From positions 32,001 to 96,000 of the forward strand of contig JAZQOV010000003.1 in assembly GCA_045628045.1 (NCBI GenBank): a stretch of DNA of 64,000 bases. Reading direction: 5' to 3'. Under the pieces are notes generated by a model that saw nothing but the letters and a program-made list of their open reading frames with translations, was not told where the DNA came from and ran no database searches. How positions within the stretch are numbered: the first letter of the stretch is position 1; the number at the start of each line of letters is the position of its first letter. Positions 49,426 to 59,681 of the stretch are shown here, one piece after another. The position numbers and the translations under genes were made by a program. This DNA comes from Bacilli bacterium. Its GTDB lineage: Bacteria > Bacillota_I > Bacilli_A > RFN20 > CAG-826.

Positions 49426-50715
49426 CTATTTTGTACCTACAATCTTTTCAACAAGTTGATCAGTTGTGTAATATCTTGCTAAAGTGTAGGTTCTAAGTTT
49501 ATTAGAAGCAGTCATAATTCTGCGTTTCTTTGTAAGTGGGTTATTTGAGTACATTAAAGGACAAATACATGTGAGTTTTGCGCCTGTTAACATAAGTTTT
49601 TGATAATTTTCAGTCTTCATGAATGCTTCTTTGACTGCTGGAGCTGTACAAAGAATTGTACGAACTGCAACTTTCTTTTTACCAGCTTTTGCTAAAGCAG
49701 TAACAAGTCTTTCGGTCCATTCATTAAGTTGTTTAAGTGAAAGGTGTGGACATCCGATGAAGGCAAGATTTCCTTCTTTATCTTTGTCTTTCCACATAAT
49801 TGGATAGTTTTTATAAACTCTTTCAAGTTCAGCATCATCAATGACGTATTCTTTATAGCCTTTGGCTAAAAGTTTTTCGCCTTGTTCTTTTGCTTCTGGT
49901 GTTACCTTATCAATATGATAAAGTCCAACAGCACCGTTTGATGCAGTTGCAGCACCAAAATCTTTTAAGAATCCTGTTGCGTCATCATTGAGTTCTGTGC
50001 CAATCCATTTATCAAGACCAACAACATAAGGAACTTCTTCCATAACTTTCATACCAATGGCAGAGCCAAGCACTTGAGCTTCTGGCATTTTTGTAAGTTT
50101 AAGTGTTATTTTCCAAGTTGCCTTACGTCCTTCATCTGTAAGTAAACCGAATTTTGGAACAAATCCAATAATTGATCCGAAGATATCAATCATGCCTGAG
50201 TTACGGTTACATCTTGCGCCTAAAACTGAGTTGGCGTAGTTAACCGCACTTGATTCAGCCCATGAAAGGACGTCACCTTTCGTTGGGATATTTCCTATTT
50301 CTTTGAAATAGCAAGCACATGAGAATGGATCATTTTGAAGCATTCCTAACTTGGTTAATCTTTCTTCATATTGTTTTTGTTTGCCATACATGACAATATC
50401 AAATACAGCTTTTTCAAGTAAATTACATTTAACGTTTTTGTAATCTACAGGACGTGGATCCATAGTGAATCCATCTTTGACTTTAAGTCCAGCATCAATC
50501 ATTTCATCACAAATTCTGAAAACTGGTTTCAATAGACCCATTCCGAATGATGTGACTAAGTGTCCACAGCCGTGTGTGACAGGGACAAGTTCAGGTGCGT
50601 CAAAAATGTCGCCATAGCGAACTAATGTTTCCATTATTTTTGCTTTGGTTTCACCTTGCTCACCTTTGAGGATACTAAGTTGTTCCTCGGTTAGCTTCAT
50701 TTTTGGTGTGTACAT
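49426..50715 (-). CDS. Aconitase X large (DUF521) subunit
   Basis: MKLTEEQ..IL.GEQG, WAESSAVNYANSVLGAR, FGAATASNGAVGLYH and GCPHLS. Confidence 0.9.
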   Translation of the reverse strand: MYTPKMKLTEEQLSILKGEQGETKAKIMETLVRYGDIFDAPELVPVTHGCGHLVTSFGMGLLKPVFRICDEMIDAGLKVKDGFTMDPRPVDYKNVKCNLLEKAVFDIVMYGKQKQYEERLTKLGMLQNDPFSCACYFKEIGNIPTKGDVLSWAESSAVNYANSVLGARCNRNSGMIDIFGSIIGFVPKFGLLTDEGRKATWKITLKLTKMPEAQVLGSAIGMKVMEEVPYVVGLDKWIGTELNDDATGFLKDFGAATASNGAVGLYHIDKVTPEAKEQGEKLLAKGYKEYVIDDAELERVYKNYPIMWKDKDKEGNLAFIGCPHLSLKQLNEWTERLVTALAKAGKKKVAVRTILCTAPAVKEAFMKTENYQKLMLTGAKLTCICPLMYSNNPLTKKRRIMTASNKLRTYTLARYYTTDQLVEKIVGTK

Positions 50716-50823
50716 ATAATTCTCCCTTGCGATATATGTAAGTTGTTTATATTATACACTTTATTCTATTTAATAGAATTAAAATGTATGAAAAAAGGTG
50801 CTTATTTCTTGCACCTTATTTCT

Positions 50824-52359
50824 TTAATCTAATTTAATTATATAATCCACCAAATCTTCATAGAAATCAGTTTCGTGTGAAACAAGAATAACCACGCCAG
50901 GATAAGCATCTATCGCTTCTTTTAGTGATTTCTTTGCAATTTTATCCAAGTGATTTGTAGGTTCATCAAGCACAAGAATATTTGATTTCTCTAATGTTAA
51001 TTTACAAAGTCTAGTTTTTGCTTCTTCTCCACCACTAAGTTCATTTAATGGACGAAGAGCAAGTTCAGCTTTAATTCCGCATCTTGCGAGTAAATTTCTA
51101 ACTTCTGTGTTTGTGAAGTTATCTCTAAGTGATTGAATAAAATTCATTGGAGTTATGCTTAAATCATCCATTTCTGTTTGAGAAAAATAAGAAATTTTTG
51201 CTTTTGAATTAAAGCTGAAAGATCCGCCTAAAGAAGGGATGATTCCAAGCAATGTTTTAATAAGAGTTGATTTACCAACTCCGTTTTTACCAATGATTGC
51301 AATCTTTTCACCTTTTAATAAATTAAAAGAAATCGGATTAAGTAAAGGCTTTTCGTAACCAATAACAAGATTCTCTACACTTAAAATGTCTTTCCCAATA
51401 TCACCTGAATAAGGGAAATTAAAATACACCAAATTTGTGTCGTTTTTAGGTGCTTCAAGTCTTTCAACGTGCGCGAGTCTTGCACGTCTTGATTTTGCAG
51501 CTCTAGAAGAGGTAGCTCGAACAATGTGTGCTGCAATAAATTCCTCTTCTTTTTTGATGAACTTTTGTTGAGCAGCGTAATCTTTTTCGTATTGTTCTTT
51601 TCTAACAACACTTTGTGTTTTGTAATATTCATAATCGCCTTTATAACGATTAATAACTCTATTTTCTAATGCTAAAACAACATTCGCAATACTTGATAAA
51701 AATGGTTCATCATGTGAGATTACAAGGAATGCTTTTGGATAATTTTGAAGGTAACCGCTCAGCCATTTTACGTGTTCTGCATCTAAGTAGTTTGTAGGTT
51801 CATCTAAAAGAAGAACATCATTCTTCTCAAGAAGCATTTTTGCAAGATAAACTTTCTCCCTTTGACCACTTGAGAGAATTTTTAATTCTCTATCCTTGAA
51901 ATCTTTTGGAATTCCAAGACCAACTAACACTTTATCAATCTCTTCTTTAATTGAGTAAAAATCTAAAGCGATAAGTTCATCATTAATCTTTGAGGCTCTC
52001 TCTAAATATTTTTCGTAATTTGGATCATCAATATTACTTCCTTTAAGAAAAAGCTCATTCATTTCAGCTTCTTTATCGAACAACGATTTATAGATTTGCT
52101 CTAAATACTCTTTAATTGTGAAATCATCATTTACTTTGTAATGTTGATCTAAATATGAATAAGTTATTCCTGGAATCCACTCAACTTTTCCTTTATCTGG
52201 AATTATTTTCTTAGTGATTAAATCAAAAATTGTAGTTTTGCCAGCGCCATTTTGACCCACTAAGACAGCATGTTCACCAGGATTAAGTTGAAAATTAAGA
52301 CCATTAAAAAGCTCTTTGTCTCCATAGTTAAACATTAAGTCAGTTACTTTAAAAAGCAT
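50824..52359 (-). CDS. ABC-F family ATPase
   Basis: Two ABC domains (GQNGAGKTT...LDEPTNYLD and GKNGVGKST...LDEPTNHLD), no TM segments. Confidence 0.93.
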   Translation of the reverse strand: MLFKVTDLMFNYGDKELFNGLNFQLNPGEHAVLVGQNGAGKTTIFDLITKKIIPDKGKVEWIPGITYSYLDQHYKVNDDFTIKEYLEQIYKSLFDKEAEMNELFLKGSNIDDPNYEKYLERASKINDELIALDFYSIKEEIDKVLVGLGIPKDFKDRELKILSSGQREKVYLAKMLLEKNDVLLLDEPTNYLDAEHVKWLSGYLQNYPKAFLVISHDEPFLSSIANVVLALENRVINRYKGDYEYYKTQSVVRKEQYEKDYAAQQKFIKKEEEFIAAHIVRATSSRAAKSRRARLAHVERLEAPKNDTNLVYFNFPYSGDIGKDILSVENLVIGYEKPLLNPISFNLLKGEKIAIIGKNGVGKSTLIKTLLGIIPSLGGSFSFNSKAKISYFSQTEMDDLSITPMNFIQSLRDNFTNTEVRNLLARCGIKAELALRPLNELSGGEEAKTRLCKLTLEKSNILVLDEPTNHLDKIAKKSLKEAIDAYPGVVILVSHETDFYEDLVDYIIKLD

Positions 52360-52380
52360 AACAAAGTTATGATTTCTATT

Positions 52381-53475
52381 TTAATAAGTGGTTCCGCCCC
52401 ACTCGACAACGCTAAAACCTGAGCGATTAACGGTTTCTAATTCTTGTGGAATTATCTCTTTAGGAGAATCGACTTTTTTAATATGAATAATTGTTCTTAA
52501 AATTGTATCTGGAGTAACACTAAAAGAAAGAGGACATTCTTTGTTTCTTTCAGCTGTTTGTTCAAAATAGACTAAAGAATTTTCATTTTCCTCTAAAATT
52601 GGAAGCCAAAACATAATAAATTCATCAGCTTCTCTTTGAGTAAATCCAAGTGTATCAAGTGATGTTTCTAAAAACTCTATAGCATTGTCTTTTGAAACAT
52701 TAAATCCATATTCAAATGATGCTTCAAAGTTTCTATATTCATCATAGAAAATAGCGTAATATTCTCTTTGAGAATTATTGACATTTAATGTTCCGTTTTC
52801 GTTAATGTGAACTCTCCAACCATCTTCATATTCTGGATAGGTTGTTTTAAGTCTAAAATCATTAACGTATGTAACCTCAACATCAAGTTCTTCCTCGTTA
52901 TATAGATAAAGAACAGGTTTATAAACTCCAAAAGGATTGTAGTGTTTGTCAACATCGATTTTGGTTTGAAAATCCAAACCTTTTTCAGCCACAACATAAA
53001 CAAACCCATATGAACTTGGTGAAGTGGCAGGAAAATAAATATCCTGATTTATTTTTTGAGTAACTGCATTACCTTTTTTATAAATTTCTTTAATGCTGAA
53101 TGTAGTTATGTCGTGGCTATCAATTACTGGAGTAACGTATACGTTATTAGTTTCAAAATCAACTTCCTTTGTTAGCTTTTCACCTTCGGTTTCAATGTGG
53201 CTAGAATATTCTTTAATCTCATCTCTTATTTGGTCAGCAATGTGATCAAGTAAGGCATTAAAAGAATTCAAAGCTTCTACACTGGAAATTACCTTAGTTT
53301 CTTCATTTTTAATGTCTAGATAATTTTCAATATCATGAAGTTCTAATTCACCACGTATTTGAAAAACGGTATAGTTTTCAATTTTTTCCTTCTTTTCGAA
53401 AATATTTTTAATATCGCAAGAGCAACAAATTAATGTGCTTATAATTGAAAGAAAAATTATTTTAAATTTTTTCAT
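52381..53475 (-). CDS. Lipoprotein with conserved KPVLYLY...EWGG domain
   Basis: Lipobox-like LICCSC; C-terminal half has KPVLYLY, TYPEY..GW, E.DEFIMFWLP and VVEWGG. Confidence 0.75.
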   Translation of the reverse strand: MKKFKIIFLSIISTLICCSCDIKNIFEKKEKIENYTVFQIRGELELHDIENYLDIKNEETKVISSVEALNSFNALLDHIADQIRDEIKEYSSHIETEGEKLTKEVDFETNNVYVTPVIDSHDITTFSIKEIYKKGNAVTQKINQDIYFPATSPSSYGFVYVVAEKGLDFQTKIDVDKHYNPFGVYKPVLYLYNEEELDVEVTYVNDFRLKTTYPEYEDGWRVHINENGTLNVNNSQREYYAIFYDEYRNFEASFEYGFNVSKDNAIEFLETSLDTLGFTQREADEFIMFWLPILEENENSLVYFEQTAERNKECPLSFSVTPDTILRTIIHIKKVDSPKEIIPQELETVNRSGFSVVEWGGTTY

Positions 53476-53514
53476 ACTAATATATTAGCATTATACACAA
53501 CACGTTTCAATTTT

Positions 53515-54030
53515 CTATTGGATGTCGATTGTAATTCCCGTTTTATTTTTTACCTCGATTTTAGTTCCTTCTTTTCTATAACCAAGAATTGCAGAACCCA
53601 CAATCATATTTTCATTTGGGATTCCAAGTTTTTTACGAAGTTTCTTTCCTTCATCACTTGAAAGCAATGCATCAAATTGATTGATCCAGCAAGAATCAAT
53701 CTTCAAAGATGCTGCTGCAATGAAAATATTTTCTAAGACACAAGAACAATCTTGAATACAAAATCTATCATCTCTTGGAGCATGTACTAAAACTATAGTT
53801 TTAGCACCGTACATAACATCTCTTTTTTCTAAAGTTTTTCCGAGTTCTCTCAAAGCCTCTATTTTAGACGCTCTTCTTACCGCTGTAATTTTAGCAATTT
53901 GTCTATTCATTGCGCTTGGAGCGCTTTGACCTGCGAGTAAAATCTCATTTAATTTTTTAGGAGAAACTTTCTTATCACTATATTCTCTACAAGAAACTCT
54001 TCCCTTAATAACATCAATAACTTTTGCCAT
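53515..54030 (-). CDS. Nitroreductase family protein
   Basis: R.SCREYS, APSAMNRQ and NIFIAA.SL.IDSCWI. Confidence 0.9.
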   Translation of the reverse strand: MAKVIDVIKGRVSCREYSDKKVSPKKLNEILLAGQSAPSAMNRQIAKITAVRRASKIEALRELGKTLEKRDVMYGAKTIVLVHAPRDDRFCIQDCSCVLENIFIAAASLKIDSCWINQFDALLSSDEGKKLRKKLGIPNENMIVGSAILGYRKEGTKIEVKNKTGITIDIQ

Positions 54031-54063
54031 AAATAATTCTCCACTATTAATTTTTTCTACAAT

Positions 54064-54918
54064 TTATTCAATCTCCTCATAATAATATGAAGTATCGATT
54101 CCTTTCATAAATAATTCTCTATCATCGATTTGATCAGTTAATGCATTTTTAAGAAGGAATTTAATTTTATTATCTTTTATTTGGCTTTCTTTCATAGCAT
54201 CGAAATAATCTGCTTTTTCTATCTTAGACCAATCTACACACTTTTTAAGATTTTTAATAAAAATTAAATCTAGCCAAATACGCGTCGATCTTCCATTACC
54301 TTCCATAAAAGGATGTGCAATATTCATTTCAACATACTTTTCTACAATGTGATCAAATGTGTCTTCAGGCATTTTATCTATTGTTGGAAGAATCTGAGGT
54401 AAAAAATCACCATTCGCAAAAACAAAACCACCTTTAGAAATTGTTTTTGATCTTATCTGACCGGCGAAAGGATATAATCCTTCAAATAAATAAGCATGTA
54501 TTTTTTGAAGACAAACAGTTGTCCCAATTTCATCGCTATAAATAAGTTCTGTTTTGTAAAATTGATAAGCTTTTCTTTTACTTTGCTCATCAATTGGATC
54601 AAGCATTCCTTTTATCCAATCGCTGATTTCTTTTTTATATTTTGAAGGAATTATTGTAATTAAAAGTCTAACCCCTTCTTCATTAATAACTTCAGAAAGA
54701 TATTTTTTACCATCGTCAGCATACAATTTCAGTTGTCCACAAAATGAAGACAACTCAGGATTTCTCACTTTAACATTATTCCAATACCTACGCGGAGAAT
54801 TAGGGTCTACTAAAACTGCGATAAAATCAACTGCTGAATACCACCAGATTGACTTTTCATTATCCCAAACAGCTTGTATTTGTTTATTGTTAAAATATCT
54901 GATTGGATGTTTTATCAT
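54064..54918 (-). CDS. Bro-N-like DNA-binding domain fused to Fic adenylyltransferase
   Basis: Start MIKHPIRYF at 54918. IQAVWD...WWYSAVD...RRYW..K...LSSFCGQLKL...DGKKY, Fic motif HPFMEGNGRSTR, and C-terminal SYYYE resembling the class III inhibitory helix. Confidence 0.85.
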   Translation of the reverse strand: MIKHPIRYFNNKQIQAVWDNEKSIWWYSAVDFIAVLVDPNSPRRYWNNVKVRNPELSSFCGQLKLYADDGKKYLSEVINEEGVRLLITIIPSKYKKEISDWIKGMLDPIDEQSKRKAYQFYKTELIYSDEIGTTVCLQKIHAYLFEGLYPFAGQIRSKTISKGGFVFANGDFLPQILPTIDKMPEDTFDHIVEKYVEMNIAHPFMEGNGRSTRIWLDLIFIKNLKKCVDWSKIEKADYFDAMKESQIKDNKIKFLLKNALTDQIDDRELFMKGIDTSYYYEEIE

Positions 54919-54925
54919 ATTATAT

Positions 54926-54969
54926 ATGATAACATAACATAATTCAGTTGTCCACAAAATTGGACAACT
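54926..54969 (-). promoter_or_regulatory. fic promoter with overlapping palindromic operator
   Basis: TGGACA-17-(TGn)TATCAT with ATG 7 nt later. The -35 lies within AGTTGTCCA-N6-TGGACAACT (54946-54969). Confidence 0.55.
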
Positions 54970-54985
54970 TAAAAGACCACAAAAC

Positions 54986-57103
54986 TTATTTAGTGATTGT
55001 TATTTTTGTTGAACTATCACTATAAACATAGACAGTACCGTGACTATATTTGGTCTCTGTTTGTAATGCAGATCCATCAGGAAGTGTAATGGTAAAAACG
55101 CCAGAACCCGAAATGCTTAAAGTATATGAATTAATTCCGGAACCTTTTGTTGGTGTTTTCTCAGTTTTTCCAAAAGCAATAAAGGTACCACCATTAATTG
55201 TCGCAGCTCCATCTGTGTCTAAACCTGTGGACATTCCACCGTTTGCACCTTTAGTGATAACAGTCCCACCAGTTTGTAAGAATGAACCATTTGAATCAAT
55301 GCCATCAACGTCTTGTCCATTTACTGTGACATCAAGAATTCCACCAGTTACTCTAATTTGTGGAGTTTGATTAATTTTCTCTGATGCATTTATTCCGTCA
55401 TCTGTTGCATACACTTTAGTGTATCCACCATCAATATTAATGAAGTTTGCTTCTAAACCTTCATAGGCGTTTTTAACGTCTATAGTTCCATCGCTTATTG
55501 TTAAAGTGTTATCAGCATGAATGGCATCATCTGATGAATAAATTTCATATGTGCCACCACTAATTTTTATGTTGCCTACTCCAGTTGAACCATTTTCAAG
55601 AGCGGTTCCGTTATTTGCGTGAATTCCATCATCATAAGATTTAATGAAATATTTCCCTGCACTTAAGATAATTTCATTTTCAGCTTTAATTCCTTTTGCA
55701 GAGTAATCGGCTTTATCATTGTTCCCTTCACTCATTCCACCTGGGCCACCACCTGGACCACCTCCAGGTCCACCTTGTTGAGATGATTGATAATTTGACC
55801 AGCCAGATGTTGTAATACTTGATGTAGAAGCTGAAACATTAACTGTGTCATACGAAGTGCTTAAAGTAGCAAAATTGCCCATCTTGCTTGTAGCATTTTC
55901 TTCAGTCAAATCTGTCACACTGTTAGCGAATAAGCACAGCTTAAATGATGTGGCACCACTTGGTCTAGTAGCTTGATAATAGTAGTTTCTAGAGAAACCG
56001 CCTTGGCCACTAGTGACTGCGGTAGCTTTAGTCCAATATGTTTCATAATTAGAATTCAAATACTCAACTCCAAAGAAATAATTTCCAATATTGGAACTAG
56101 TTTTAATATAAAGTTTTGAATCGCTGGATTCGATAATATCGCTAGTATATTCAGAATATTTTGAAGTATAGATGTTAATAATTGGATCATCTCCACCTTC
56201 TACTTTGCTAATTTCGATATTATATGACGCCTCAATTGCGTCTTTTGCGCTATATATGTCTAATTGTCCACCAGTGATTGAAATGGTTCCTCTTTGTTTG
56301 CCTTTTGAAGATACATCTGTGTTCTCTGTTTTCACTGCGTTTCCACCAGTAGAAATTAAAACCATATTTCCACTTTCAATTTCAATTGAGTCATTTCCTT
56401 TTAAACAGTTATTGACTGCTTTGATTTGAACTGATGAATTGTTATTTACTTCTGGTTTAATTTTTAAATCATCTTTGGTGTGAATTCCGTTGTTGTAATT
56501 TCCAATCACAGCAAGAGATCCTTTACCGCTTAATTTTAAGTCACAATCACTAGTGATTGCACCATTACCTTGTGCGTCATTATCTTCGGTTTTAATAGAT
56601 CTAGTGTCATAAACAAAATTTTCAGTTCCTTTTTTAATTGAAACTTGTAATTCACTAGCATTTACACATTTTATTGGAGAATCAGTGTTTGATTTAATTG
56701 TAAAACCTTCTAATGAAATTTTTACTTCATCATCGTCTCCAGCATTGACTAATATGTTTCCTTCAAATTGTCCTTTGAATGAAAATTCTCCAGCGGCAGA
56801 AATAATAAAAACTTTATTAGTACTATCATAAGATATTCCGTCTTTTATTGTTGTGATTTCACCAATTTCAGAATCGGTAATCTCTACATCATCTACATCA
56901 TCATCAATTTTAATTTCAATTTCTGTGTCGCTTGTTTCGCTACCTATTCCTTGATCTTGATGAAATGATTCTTCATTGTTACCAAAATGACTTGAAAACC
57001 ATTGATCAATCTTGGAAAACGGATTTAATGGGCTTTCATCTTTTAGACCACACGCTGTCAAAAGAAAAACTGGCATTAATAATAAAAATTTCTTTTTCCT
57101 CAT
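54986..57103 (-). CDS. Cthe_2159-like carbohydrate-binding beta-helix lipoprotein
   Basis: Lipobox LTAC, repeated DGIHA/DAIHA/DGINA/DGIDSNG beta-helix turns, and a GGPGGGPGGGPGG linker. Confidence 0.85.
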   Translation of the reverse strand: MRKKKFLLLMPVFLLTACGLKDESPLNPFSKIDQWFSSHFGNNEESFHQDQGIGSETSDTEIEIKIDDDVDDVEITDSEIGEITTIKDGISYDSTNKVFIISAAGEFSFKGQFEGNILVNAGDDDEVKISLEGFTIKSNTDSPIKCVNASELQVSIKKGTENFVYDTRSIKTEDNDAQGNGAITSDCDLKLSGKGSLAVIGNYNNGIHTKDDLKIKPEVNNNSSVQIKAVNNCLKGNDSIEIESGNMVLISTGGNAVKTENTDVSSKGKQRGTISITGGQLDIYSAKDAIEASYNIEISKVEGGDDPIINIYTSKYSEYTSDIIESSDSKLYIKTSSNIGNYFFGVEYLNSNYETYWTKATAVTSGQGGFSRNYYYQATRPSGATSFKLCLFANSVTDLTEENATSKMGNFATLSTSYDTVNVSASTSSITTSGWSNYQSSQQGGPGGGPGGGPGGMSEGNNDKADYSAKGIKAENEIILSAGKYFIKSYDDGIHANNGTALENGSTGVGNIKISGGTYEIYSSDDAIHADNTLTISDGTIDVKNAYEGLEANFINIDGGYTKVYATDDGINASEKINQTPQIRVTGGILDVTVNGQDVDGIDSNGSFLQTGGTVITKGANGGMSTGLDTDGAATINGGTFIAFGKTEKTPTKGSGINSYTLSISGSGVFTITLPDGSALQTETKYSHGTVYVYSDSSTKITITK

Positions 57104-57549
57104 TTTTTAATTCTCCCTATATTTTCTACAAGATACTCTATATATCTTTTCAAGAATGAAATAGATATATCTATTTCTTCTTTTTGAAATCGTTTAATAT
57201 CCTCTTCCTCAAGCTTAATGATGTTGTCGTATTTCTCATCCCACACCTTAAGACCTAGTTCGGTTAATTCAATTCTTTTAACTCGTTTATCTTCTGGATC
57301 AACATTGAGTTTAATTAATCCTTGTTTTTTAAATTTTAGAACAACATTATGAACAACTTGTTTTACTTCGTTTGTAAATATGACTAATTGTTTTTGAGTA
57401 AGCTCACCATGTCCTAAGAAAATAAGGTGCATTACTTTAAACTCAAAAGGATTCACTCCAAAAATCTTTGCTGCTTCAGTGTATACAGCATTTAGTGAAT
57501 AGTAGGTTTTCTTTAATTCAATTAGTTCTTTTTTCATAAAATTAGTCAA
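57100..57549 (-). CDS. MarR family transcriptional regulator
   Basis: LTQKQL...KQVV...GLI...DPEDKRVKRIELTELG. Confidence 0.85.
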   Translation of the reverse strand: MTNFMKKELIELKKTYYSLNAVYTEAAKIFGVNPFEFKVMHLIFLGHGELTQKQLVIFTNEVKQVVHNVVLKFKKQGLIKLNVDPEDKRVKRIELTELGLKVWDEKYDNIIKLEEEDIKRFQKEEIDISISFLKRYIEYLVENIGRIKK

Positions 57550-57698
57550 TATTCTTTACTAATTTAGAATATACAAAATCTAATTTTTTGCAATTATTTA
57601 TTTAAATTTTGTTTATATATATCAATTAAATTGATATAAAATAATTATCAAATACCAAACCTAATGCAATTATAAACTGCATTGATTTCACATTAAAT

Positions 57699-58391
57699 TT
57701 ACCTTTTCTGTTTATTTCTTCTTTTTCTAAGAAACACGAATAAGAAAGCACCACAAGTTACAACGGCTACACCACTTACTACACTTATAATAATGATTGA
57801 ACCATCACTAATAAATGCCCCTACATTATTTGATTTATCACCGTAATAACGGATTGTAATTGATTTAATACATTTATCAAAACCACCATTGCCAAATACT
57901 ACAAAGCAAGGATTACTAATAGATGCATTTTCATCCTCTACAAAGTTTTGATTAGGATCATTAAAAAACAGGACTCCAGACTTGTCATTTAAAGTATAAG
58001 AAATGGTTACATATGAATCGTTAAATCTCTCAGCATAAATAGAATAAATATTGTTCAAAGTTAAATTTAAGCTATAACCCCAATCTGTTTCATTTGCAAA
58101 AGAAATATATTCTGGCGTTGTTGCAATTAAACAACTAGAAGTGCACTTAAACGGAATTTTTTGGCCTACATCATCAAAAATAAATCCTTTATAAATAGGT
58201 TTTTCATTCGGGAAATGATTATGCTCATAGTCGAAAATAATAGTCCTTAATTTGCTCTCATCAATTTTTCCGTCAGCCGAAGCTGGTAAAGGTTTTAAAT
58301 TTCCTAAAAATGCTAGACCACCCACTAATGCTAGTGACGCAAAACATATTGCTAATTTTTTGAATATATTTTTCATTTTCATGCCTCGCAT
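57699..58391 (-). CDS. Secreted protein with C-terminal membrane anchor
   Basis: Signal peptide ending PASA|D; C-terminal GAFISDGS, TM helix and RKRRNKQKR. Confidence 0.75.
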   Translation of the reverse strand: MRGMKMKNIFKKLAICFASLALVGGLAFLGNLKPLPASADGKIDESKLRTIIFDYEHNHFPNEKPIYKGFIFDDVGQKIPFKCTSSCLIATTPEYISFANETDWGYSLNLTLNNIYSIYAERFNDSYVTISYTLNDKSGVLFFNDPNQNFVEDENASISNPCFVVFGNGGFDKCIKSITIRYYGDKSNNVGAFISDGSIIIISVVSGVAVVTCGAFLFVFLRKRRNKQKR

Positions 58392-59029
58392 TTAGCATTA
58401 TTATCGTTTTTACATATTCTTTTTATTAAGAACATGAATGGAACAAACACTAATGAAGGTAATAAGAAAGCAATAACATAGTGATTGCACACTGCAAAGT
58501 AGTTATAAATTGAATGATATATTATAGCGACAGCCACAAGACCAACAGAGCCCGAAACAAAAAGTTTCTTTCTGTTTAAGATGAATGATAAGCCAAAACC
58601 AACCGCCAGAGTGGTAATAACATGCATCATTCCTGAACCGAACGCTCTTAATATTGCGGTAATTACATCAATTTGTTCAGCACGAGATGCAATAACAAAT
58701 GCGTTTTCTAATATTGCAAAACCAACACCGATTGCAATTGATCGCTCAATTAAATCTTGTCTTGAAGGATGCATAACGAATGTACAAATAAAAATAGGTA
58801 TAATTTTAAGTATTTCCTCAATTATTGGAGAAAATGTTGTGACATATGTTGCTTGTGAATATTTTGTATTCTTAAAAATAATTCCATTAATTTCACCACA
58901 TAATAATGCAACAGTTAATCCAATAATAACAAAGCAAACGAGTGATTTTGTCTTACTCTTGGTCATTATAAGTACAATAAGTAAAGGGACTGTAATACTT
59001 AAATACAAAAACAGATTTAAAAATTCCAT
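58379..59029 (-). CDS. PrsW-family glutamic intramembrane protease
   Basis: Probable start MEFLNL at 59029 after GGAG. Motifs EEILK, GFAILEN, GMMH and HSIYN. Confidence 0.85.
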   Translation of the reverse strand: MEFLNLFLYLSITVPLLIVLIMTKSKTKSLVCFVIIGLTVALLCGEINGIIFKNTKYSQATYVTTFSPIIEEILKIIPIFICTFVMHPSRQDLIERSIAIGVGFAILENAFVIASRAEQIDVITAILRAFGSGMMHVITTLAVGFGLSFILNRKKLFVSGSVGLVAVAIIYHSIYNYFAVCNHYVIAFLLPSLVFVPFMFLIKRICKNDNNAKCEA

Positions 59030-59661
59030 TTTTTTGCTCCCTTTGCGCTTGTATAAGATAGACCTAAAATTATAAGTGCGATTAGTAAATCGCCCACACC
59101 AGATAAGATTCCAGTCTTTAACCAACTTAAAATATCTAAATTAACAAAAACACAATAAAGTAAAATGAAAATATCATTCAACAATAAACCATTTTTTAGG
59201 CCAAGTTCATCATTTTGAGACAATAAGCGTTTAACAACAAAATATACTACAAAAGCTAGTGGAATTTGAATCGCAACAAAAAGATAAAATACAAAATTTG
59301 TAGGCTTAAAACAAAAGAAACCAACAACAAAAGAAATGCCGAATTGAAGTAAACCAGATATTGCACTAATTATGATGTATTTAGTTTTTGGCTTATCAAA
59401 TAACTTCTCTAAAGCGCCCCTATTTGCGCAAAATAAGAAAATGTTGCAACCAAGCAATCCAAAGAAACTTGTATTGAAATAAATCTCATTAATATTGCAA
59501 CAAGACATTACGATACCTGTTAAATAAAAAAGTAAAAAACATCCAATTGCACAAACAATAATTTGAAAATACAGAGGCTTTCCTTTTCTCCAAAGTGTTA
59601 TGACACCAAAAATAAAGGAGATTAATAATATTGAAAGTGTAGCAATCTTAAAACCAATCAT
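59017..59661 (-). CDS. Hypothetical multi-TM membrane protein
   Basis: About seven hydrophobic segments; overlaps the PrsW start. Confidence 0.75.
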   Translation of the reverse strand: MIGFKIATLSILLISFIFGVITLWRKGKPLYFQIIVCAIGCFLLFYLTGIVMSCCNINEIYFNTSFFGLLGCNIFLFCANRGALEKLFDKPKTKYIIISAISGLLQFGISFVVGFFCFKPTNFVFYLFVAIQIPLAFVVYFVVKRLLSQNDELGLKNGLLLNDIFILLYCVFVNLDILSWLKTGILSGVGDLLIALIILGLSYTSAKGAKKWNF

Positions 59662-59681
59662 TTTTAATGTCAGAACTAAGA

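Noticed and set aside
55736-55775. GC-rich CCACCTGG tandem repeats
   Set aside because: They encode a GGPG linker typical of Cthe_2159-like proteins.
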